From Eledone cirrhosa (taxonomy: Eukaryota), in the NCBI GenBank assembly GCA_964016885.1, contig OZ024761.1, positions 27,032,001-27,096,000 on the forward strand: 64,000 bases of DNA, written 5' to 3'. Of this stretch, positions 1 to 14,513 are shown piece by piece. Within the stretch, counting starts at the first letter, position 1; every line of letters begins with the position of its first letter. Below the pieces are notes generated by a model. The model made no database searches, was not told the DNA's origin, and saw only the letters and a list, made by a program, of their open reading frames with translations. Made by a program: the position numbers and the translations under genes.

Positions 1-12
1 AAACTCACAAAC

Positions 13-53
<41 letters not shown>

Positions 54-556
54 TCAGCCAAATTAAAGAACGTAAACATTATTACAAGTAGTGTAAACAT
101 GAATTAAAGAACATAAATGTACCACCAAGAAGGCTGTTTCAAGATATGCACTTCAAGAAGAAATACAACATGTGCTTACGTCTACGACATAATTATAGCT
201 GGAAAGGACATTCATTGAACATGAACAATCTACTAGAGATAGAAGACAACAGAAACGAATATATGTTATGATATTAAATATATTTCTTATACTGTCATGT
301 CTTTTCTTTAAAACGTTTGAATCTCAATAAGGTGGAACAGATATTAAATACATTTGTTATATCATTATACTTTAGCTTTAACTTTACTTATTATTTCTAA
401 CTCTTATTAGAAAGAATACAAACTTAATAAAATCCTATATCTGTATAAATATGTGTGTTTGTATTAAAGTAAATAATAATATGCATGTTGACGAGTTGTA
501 AAAACCAAGGAAGTCAATCTACAGTTCTACACTAACTCAGACGCCCCCCCGCCCAC

Positions 557-639
557 AAAAATAGACATGTTTCGTCTAATAAACGAATGTCAAATAATTG
601 TTTCGGAAATACCGATGTAACACTAAATATATTACCGGT
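557..639 (-). ncRNA. Candidate small RNA gene, cassette A (snRNA/SL-RNA-like, ~80 nt)
   Basis: The minus strand reads ACCGGTAATATATTTAGTGTTACATCG|GTATTTCCGAAACAATTATTTGACATTCGTTTATTAGACGAAACATGTCTATTTTT. It has a 5' hairpin (ACCG/CGGT plus GTAATA/TGTTAC), a U-rich tract, a 3' hairpin and a T5 run. Inferred starts in the other copies: 7992, 15099, 22250, 29346, 36478, 43596, 50716, 57809. Transcription is inferred. Confidence 0.4.
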
Positions 640-659
640 GCAACTATGTCAATTAAGCC

Positions 660-702
660 TTTTATAAACTCACTCTAGTCATTTCAAATCGTGTTGAGAG
701 TA
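660..702 (-). promoter_or_regulatory. PSE-like element (702-677) plus TATAAAA (666-660) upstream of cassette A
   Basis: TACTCTCAACACGATTTGAAATGACT lies at -63..-38, and TATAAAA begins 27 nt upstream of the conserved block. The spacing is identical in B and C. Confidence 0.45.
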
Positions 703-975
703 ACGGGAATAAGAAAAAATAAACCGTTTGCCGAAGTTTCTAAATTTGTTAAAAATAATAGCGAAATCCGTGTCCAATGTATAATAAACCGGGACATTCA
801 CTGAACATGACGAATCTACTACAGATAGAAGACATCAGAAACGACCATCCTACCTGAAATATTATATGTTATTTTAAATATATTTCTTTTACTATTATGT
901 TTTTTTTAAAAAGCTTGAGTCTGAATAAAGTGTAGAAAACTACAATTTAACTGTTGTTATATCATTATATTTTAG

Positions 976-1083
976 TTCAAATCCCGCCGAGGTTGACTTT
1001 GCCTTTCATCCTTACGGGGTCGATAAAATAAAGTACCAGTAATGCACTGGGTAACTGCTGGCCTTGTGCCTAAAGTAGAAACA
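976..1083 (+). mobile_element. 5'-truncated tRNA-derived SINE (Octopus-type) with a 12-bp target-site duplication; present only in copy 1
   Basis: The TSD ATTATATTTTAG is at 964-975 and 1084-1095, and copies 2-9 have a single empty site. The element begins with B-box-like (G)TTCAAATCCC. Its body, CGCCGAGGTTGACTTTGCCTTTCATCCTTACGGGGTCGATAAAATAAAGTACCAGT..GGCCTTGTGCC, matches my recollection of the abundant Octopus SINE. Confidence 0.88.
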
Positions 1084-1189
1084 ATTATATTTTAGATTCA
1101 ACTTAATAATAAAATCCGATATGTGTATAGATATAATGTGTGTGAAAATATAATAATAAACTAGTTATACACTAACGCAGAGGACATAA

Positions 1190-1268
1190 GAAATGTTACC
1201 TCTAACGACCGACTGCCAAACAGACTAAGGCTCAGATATACCGGTGTAAAGCTAAAAATGTTAACGGT
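1190..1268 (-). ncRNA. Candidate small RNA gene, cassette B
   Basis: The minus strand reads ACCGTTAACATTTTTAGCTTTACACCG|GTATATCTGAGCC(T/A)TAGTCTGTTTGGCAGTCGG. The 27-nt block aligns ungapped with A, C and D; the 3' end is uncertain. Starts in the other copies: 8503, 15610, 22761, 29857, 36989, 44107, 51227, 58320. Confidence 0.38.
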
Positions 1269-1288
1269 GGAACAATTTCAGTTTACCC

Positions 1289-1331
1289 TTTTATAGACAC
1301 ACTCCAGTCATTTCAAATCGTGTTCAGAGTA
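1289..1331 (-). promoter_or_regulatory. PSE-like element (1331-1306) plus TATAAAA (1295-1289) upstream of cassette B
   Basis: TACTCTGAACACGATTTGAAATGACT at -63..-38; TATAAAAG at -27. Confidence 0.45.
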
Positions 1332-1844
1332 CCGGGAATAAAATATACAAAAAAACATTTCCCGAAGTTTCTAAATCTGTTAAAGATAACAGCCAAATCT
1401 CTCAGTCTGTCTCCGATGTGTAATAAACGGTGACACACATATATATATAGAAAGAGAGAAACAGATATGTTTATATATATATATATTTATATGTGTGTGT
1501 GTGTATATTAGTGAATATAATAGTATGTATATAAATATGCGTGTAATTAAATGTATATTATTCATATACAGGTATTCCGCTGTATTTGCGTGTGTTATGG
1601 TCCTAGAGTACCCGAGTATATTGAAAAACCGCGAACATTGGAGGTGGTCCATAAAAGTGCCTATAAACCTCAAAATATAACGTAAACTATAATAAACAAT
1701 AGAGGGATCGCCTTTTGCGAAGGGGCGTCCAATAGACCGGCAAATACGATATATTGTGATTAGTAATTTAGCGTTAAAACAATATATATTGTCATGAAAT
1801 ATATAAATAGTTTTGACTGCTCTTTCTAGCATACTCTAGAAAAA

Positions 1845-1854
1845 ACCGGAAGTG
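1845..1854 (+). promoter_or_regulatory. Canonical ETS/GABP-type site ACCGGAAGTG in the spacer between the divergent cassettes B and C
   Basis: Exact match to the ETS class I consensus, present in all 9 copies. A single motif only, so function is unproven. Confidence 0.35.
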
Positions 1855-2129
1855 GAGAAAATTGAAAAACTTCTTCTTTTTCTTCCTCTAACTTTTCAAA
1901 CAAAAGAAAATTTTATGTAAACAAAAACGAAATTTTTGCCACGAACGATAACTCGTCTCTGACTTAAATCCAAATTTTGGATAAAAAAAGCGTGTATGAA
2001 GTTTTCATATACACACTTGTTATTACTAGCTAGTCCTTATTTTATTTTGTTTTGGGGTCTTTGACTCCTATTTCTAGCATGACAGACCTTTTCCTGTTGT
2101 TCACTATGCATGTATGCATAAATACATGG

Positions 2130-2510
2130 ATGTATGTACATATATATGTATATATATATAAACTTTAATATAATCTTACAATAAATATTTGCTCTAGGGT
2201 ATTTTATATATATATATATTATATACATAAAATCTTTATCGAGCTGTCTTCGGATTTTAGTTTTCACATTTATTATTACTATTTATATATATATAAATAT
2301 ATATATGTATGCGTTTATATATGTATATGATTATATATACATTTATATAGATTTAAATGTATGGAAAAGTATGGTTATATAGATACCTGTATATATATAT
2401 ATATTATAATATATATATATTTATATATATTTCTTTATATATATATGTGTGCATATATAAACACACACACACAAACACACACACATATATATATATATAT
2501 ATTTCTTTAT
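2130..2510. repeat. Compound (TA)n/(CA)n low-complexity tract (other simple tracts at 1440-1510, 3099-3142, 5084-5155), repeated in each unit
   Basis: Directly visible; the source of the I/Y/T/H-rich spurious ORFs. Confidence 0.9.
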
Positions 2511-2669
2511 ACACTAGCAATATATTGAGTACATTTTATTTAATGTGGTTTCCACCTGACAGGGTGAGTCACAGCTAATGGCATCTATTGCCCAGAGTAG
2601 AAGATTTAACTGCTATGTCTAGCAGGTTTGGAATCTAATATTTTCCAAACAATTTTCCTTTACAACCTC

Positions 2670-2695
2670 CACTATGAACTTGATTTCAAATTACC
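2670..2695 (+). promoter_or_regulatory. PSE-like element upstream of cassette C
   Basis: CACTATGAACTTGATTTCAAATTACC at -63..-38. TTGATAAT occupies the TATA position and is followed by GGTAAACTGAAAT, identical to cassette B. Confidence 0.42.
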
Positions 2696-2732
2696 AGGCA
2701 GTCGGTTGATAATGGTAAACTGAAATATCTAC

Positions 2733-2805
2733 ACCGGTAACTTAATTAGTGTTACACCGCTATTGTTCAAACATAATCTATTTGGCATTCCTTAACGAAA
2801 GGTAG
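2733..2805 (+). ncRNA. Candidate small RNA gene, cassette C
   Basis: ACCGGTAACTTAATTAGTGTTACACCG|CTATTGTTCAAACATAATCTATTTGGCATTCCTTAACGAAAGG, with a GTAAC/GTTAC stem; GT is replaced by CT. Starts in the other copies: 9966, 17083, 24214, 31330, 38461, 45576, 52684, 59793. Confidence 0.36.
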
Positions 2806-3098
2806 TTTGTTGTGTCGTCTTCAATAGAGTATGTATACATACACGTATTCCTAAACAGTTTGACATTTATTCATAAGAGGTAATGGTTTTATTTAGACCT
2901 CGTCTCTTTTAGAATATATATACTCACAACACATCCATAAATTAATGAATTTCTCTATAATATGATATTAACGTTTTTATTTTTTACGAAAAAGCGTATT
3001 GTATATGTAGTTATACATGCATTAAATTTAATATAAACACTCCGTTTGGGGCACAAATATTAATTATATTATTTTACATACACATCCATTATACAAAA

Positions 3099-3144
<46 letters not shown>

Positions 3145-3473
3145 ATTTATTTGTATCTTTGTGTAACTAGAATTACAGGTGATTCGCCCCACCTCCAAGT
3201 AATTGATACTGTGACAAGACGGTTTCAGTTGGGTTTTATTCCAGAATTAAAGCAACTGTAAATTGTAAATAAAATTATGAACGAAAACACTGTTGCAGCA
3301 TACATATAAACTTTATTGGCATATTAGAATTGTTTCAATATCGATATCTTTGGGTAGAATCATATATAGAAACAGAGATAGATTGATAGTGTGTGTGTTA
3401 TTTTTCACCTGAAATCAATATGCAAGCTGGCCCTTGTGTCTTCATTTTAAAGCGACATATTTCTACCTCCCGG

Positions 3474-3511
3474 TGATTTGAACTCAGTTTCAAGTTACTC
3501 GATAGTATAAT
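3474..3511 (+). promoter_or_regulatory. PSE-like element (3474-3499) plus TATAAT (3506-3511) upstream of cassette D
   Basis: TGATTTGAACTCAGTTTCAAGTTACT at -65..-40, preceded by TCCCG as in A and B. Confidence 0.4.
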
Positions 3512-3538
3512 GAAGCAGAGAGACTATAAAAACGCTAC

Positions 3539-3610
3539 ACCGGTGGCATATTTAGTTTTACACCGGTACGACGTGCATGAAAGAGGTAATGTTTTATTTG
3601 TCTTCTGTGT
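3539..3610 (+). ncRNA. Candidate small RNA gene, cassette D
   Basis: ACCGGTGGCATATTTAGTTTTACACCG|GTACGACGTGCATGAAAGAGGTAATGTTTTATTTGTC, with a perfect 7-bp stem ACCGGTG/CACCGGT; the 3' end is uncertain. Starts in the other copies: 10768, 17883, 25036, 32134, 39267, 46380, 53478, 60593. Confidence 0.38.
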
Positions 3611-3719
3611 TACAGGATAACACTAGTTTAATTTTTTTAATTTATCCTACATGTTTGTAATATATATTCTCAACATAGCTATGATTTTATCTCAATTAGT
3701 AATTTCAACACTTCGGAGG

Positions 3720-3895
3720 TTACTGCTCACATTTCATCTCTTCCACTAAGACACTCTCCACAGACTTTCCTCTCCTCGTATCATCACCTAATGTTGTGTG
3801 AATCGCCACAAAGCCAAAGTTTCTCATTTCTAGCCCTTCTTGTCCAGAATGTCAGCTCCATGGAACTCCCTGTTTACTTCTTTCTGTAACAACAA
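3720..3895 (+). mobile_element. Decayed 3' fragment of a non-LTR retrotransposon ORF2 (CR1/L2/Jockey-like), present in every unit
   Basis: Frameshifted translation gives HRLSS..SPNVV..SRMSAPWNSLFTS, resembling the C-terminal 'S(F/Y)FPRT..LWNSLP' motif of these LINEs. The region is locally higher in GC. Confidence 0.5.
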
Positions 3896-4987
3896 GGTTT
3901 ACAATACTTGAAGTACATTGAATTTGGTTTCGGTGTATCTATAATAAAAACAAACCCACCCCAAGCGTGTGTGTAAAATAAACGCAAGGTTTGACCGAAC
4001 AAGAATATAAAATTTATTCCTTCTGACATTTACATCTTTTACATGGTATTATATTTTCATCATTACAGTGTCGAGAAAATGAAGTATCAGTAAAGAACTG
4101 GGATTATTGCTGGAATTATACTAAAATTAGAAAGAATTATATGAAGGGTTTTATGTACATTAAACAATAAAATGACTACTACACTTAACGACACTTTGAT
4201 ATTAATAGACATATTAGTCTTCATAGTAACTTAAGAGTTTACTAGCTAGTTCATTTATGTGTGTTTGTCTTATCTGTAAAGAGAGTTTGAAATGGTATGA
4301 AAAGGTGTTGAATTGAAGCATGTTTATTTATATGCTGATAGTCATACCACGAGGGAGAGAAAAATAAAGCTTTAAATGGTATGACTACGTGTTCAAATTA
4401 AGCAAGTTTCTCATAGTATGAGGATAAAAAAAAATTAACGTTATAATAAGTTGATTCGAAAGCCAACCACTGCATTCCCTAGTTCTATGTCTTACCACTA
4501 GACTATAAGGACCTAGACAATTTTTTTGTGAATCTATATCTATATAAACTTATTTTCAGTCTAACAATAAAATAGCTTTAAATGTGTTAATTTTCACTAC
4601 ATATTTGTTGGTCTGTAGGTGGGCGTGTGGGTAGTAGTGGTTTATCTATGCATGCTTTATGTATGTATAGATTTGGGGGTAGTGTTTCAATCTTCTTTAT
4701 CTAAAATTAAAAGTATTTATATTTTTTTTTTAAATTAAAAGAACGCTCTCTATCTTCTGGGCTACCCGGGGCCACTATTATCTCGAAGCCACCTTTTTAG
4801 TTCCCCCTACGCCCGAACCTTCACTACCTAGCTACACAACCATTACCTACGATACAACATCACTTTACCACACGTCTACCAAGCTGCCGTAATTCTACTG
4901 TGCAAATTTGATATATTTAAATCTAATTTAGCATTTCTTCATTGAAGAACCATTTAGGGTTTACGGCATAAGCGAAAAAAAAAATAT

Positions 4988-6855
4988 TTACTATTTCATT
5001 AGCTCTGGCAGGTATCGAAAACCTCATATATAGATTCATTTTAATTTCACCTACGTCAGAATCACGCATACATATTATTAATTTAAAAAAAAAAAAAAAA
5101 TCATTTTCAGCGACAAAATACATACCTCCACTCGAGATATGTGTGTGTGTGTATATTTTTATTATTATTCTGAACTGTAGTTTTAATTAAAAAAATATAT
5201 ATTATACTATTTCCTGTGTCCTCGCAGATATTGCAACTACATCTCTCTAGATTCATTTAAATACATTGCATTTGACTTACGTGAAATTAAGTATCATATA
5301 ATTACTTTTTCAAATTTTGTTTTCAAGTATCAAAATAAAAATACATTAGTAAGGTTTTCCACCTCATAAATGTGTGGTGGTTATAGACACTTAACTATTG
5401 TTATAGGGCTGTCGTATTTACAACTATGTGGGCATCTAATCCTTCCATCCTGCTGGTCTAAAAACAGCCAATTTATTTTTCCAGAGAGAGACATTTATTA
5501 TGACTTTAAACGCTAATTTTTCACTTCACTTACGATTCCTTTTTCCTCTCTTTAGATTGAATAAACAAAACCCTTTTCCGTCTACAATTATATTCAACGT
5601 AGCTCATATCAGTCTTCACAGTAAAGATTTTGCTACATCTCATTCAAGCTGGTATGATAGTAACCACAAAGTAAAGTGTTTAGCTCAACATTTATTCCGT
5701 AGTAAGTGTCATAAGAAAGGTTTGTCTGTCTAAAAACCTAAGTAGATTTCAAATTTATTGCTAATTAAACAAAACTTTAAAATAATCCATACTAAAGCCA
5801 CAACCATTTATTATCTACGTCTCACCCGAAGAAAAAAAACGATCAAATTATTACGAGGAGTGTAGACAGATGGATAAAGCTAATAAACAATTAATTTATA
5901 CATATGCATGTACGTATTGTGTTTAAATATACTCCAACACAGACGGTGCCTACGAAAAACATAACATTACCGCCTATGAACAAATTTTGGCGTAATACTT
6001 ACTAAATCTATTTTACCATTTGCTTAATGAACAAGCACATACATTGTTTGATATAATGAAAAAAAAAATATATATATATATACATATTACTATTTCATAA
6101 GCTCTGGCAGGTATCGAAAACCTCATATATAGATTTATTTTAATTTCACTTACGTCGAAAACATATACATAATTATTTTTTTATAATTTATCGATTGGGT
6201 TTCCAATCTCAGAAATATCTCCACTAGAGATGTGTGTGTTTCTCTTTATTATTCCTTTGAAATGATTTTTAGTCCTGGTAGATGTTGAAATCCCATCAAT
6301 AGATTCATTTAAATATATTTTATTTGACTTACGTGAATTTAAAAAATGATATAATTATCTTTAAAATTTTCCTTTCCAGTACAAAAATAAAAATACATTA
6401 GTATGTATTTCAGTCACACAAATGCGTTGGTTTCATAGACACTTAACTATTGTTGCAGGGATGCCGTAAATAGCGTCATGTGGGCATTTATACTACCCGG
6501 TTGAGACAATCCCAGCCTCCTAGTATACAAATAGCCGATTAATTTTGCGAGAGAGAAAGAGATACTTTTATTATGTCTTTAAACGTTACTTTTGCGATTG
6601 AACTTTTCCTTTTTCCTCCCTTTAGACTGAATAAACCCAAACATTTTACGGCTACAATTCTATTCAACATTACGATATCTGCTTCAATCTGTTATTGGTG
6701 TGGTGGAGGAGTAGAACACAAAATAAAATGTCGAGTTAATTATTTACTCCGTAAAAAGTGTCAAACGGTGGCACACTGGTATAAGATTTGGTGGTATAAA
6801 CAAACTAACAAATAGATTTCAAATTTATCGGCAGCTAAACAAAACTTTAAAATAA
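4988..6855. repeat. Second old internal duplication: E (4988-5785) vs F (6087-6855)
   Basis: Colinear anchors GCTCTGGCAGGTATCGAAAACCTCATATATAGATT, CTCCACT(C/A)GAGAT, TAGATTCATTTAAATA, ATTTGACTTACGTGAA, ATAGACACTTAACTATTGTT, ATGTGGGCAT, CTTTAAACG, TAGATTTCAAATTTAT and AAACAAAACTTTAAAATAA. Confidence 0.92.
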
Positions 6856-7223
6856 GCAATAATGAAGACAATTCAGACCAAATCTCACTTCCATATTAGC
6901 CTTTCAATTCAGTAGACCCTAATTACTTTATTAATAATCACAAAACAAGGCCACTTATTCACACGAGTCCAGACAAAATATTCATTTAACAAGAATTACT
7001 ACAACGATAGTGCAAGAAAATCGTTGTTTCTAAATCAGAGAACGTTTCTATAACAAACACAAGCGTATTAAAAGTAACAGGAATATTCATATTGCATAGA
7101 ACCAGGAAATAACTGCTATCAAATAGATGTTCTAGTGGCTAAGAACTTAATAGTTCCAGTTGTAATTGTGTTACACATATTCAGTAAGTATTTGCTAATT
7201 GAAATTATACTTTAAGGTATACT

Positions 7224-14462
<7,239 letters not shown>

Positions 14463-14474
14463 AAACTCACAAAC

Positions 14475-14513
<39 letters not shown>

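Larger units (their letters stand above)
206..1430. repeat. Old internal tandem duplication within the unit: 206-790 vs 792-1430 (each half carries one cassette, A or B)
   Basis: Shared anchors GGACATTCA(T/C)TGAACATGA, AATCTACTA(G/C)AGATAGAAGACA, TTGTTATATCATTATA, AGTCATTTCAAATCGTGTT, CCGAAGTTTCTAAAT and TAATAAAC occur in the same order. Present in all copies. Confidence 0.92.
1..7223. repeat. Repeat unit copy 1 (carries a private SINE insertion and several private SNPs in the first ~1.6 kb)
   Basis: Direct comparison with the following copies. Confidence 0.97.

Noticed and set aside
610-640. Cassette hairpins as pre-miRNAs
   Set aside because: The stems are only ~7-10 bp, far short of the ~30+ bp needed for Drosha/Dicer processing.
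1380-2578. ORFs of 60-170 aa in the B-C spacer and their repeats
   Set aside because: They run through (TA)n/(TG)n tracts, have I/Y/H/T-biased composition, change length and frame between copies, and show no recognisable domain.
2613-2650. U7 snRNA resemblance (TGTCTAGCAGGTTT followed by a GTTTGGAA/TTCCAAAC hairpin)
   Set aside because: It lacks the AATTTG part of the U7 Sm site and a CTCTTT HDE-pairing segment directly upstream. The hairpin is broken by SNPs in copies 2, 4 and 8, and the sequence belongs to the 20-bp motif family.
180-5960. 5S rRNA-like words (GTCTACGAC, CATACCACG, GCCTACGA)
   Set aside because: These are only scattered 8-9-mers with no continuous 120-nt match or internal A/C boxes. 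No rRNA, tRNA or histone gene was found in the unit.
5966-5998. Hairpin ATTACCGCC...GGCGTAAT enclosing AATTTTGG (canonical Sm-like word)
   Set aside because: There is no upstream PSE-like element and no paralog; such words are expected by chance in AT-rich DNA.
5500-6815. 77-aa and 80-aa paralogous ORFs as single-exon protein genes
   Set aside because: The N-termini translate a polypyrimidine tract, differences are mostly non-synonymous, and the E ORF is disrupted in copies 4 and 8. Kept only as a low-interest acceptor observation.
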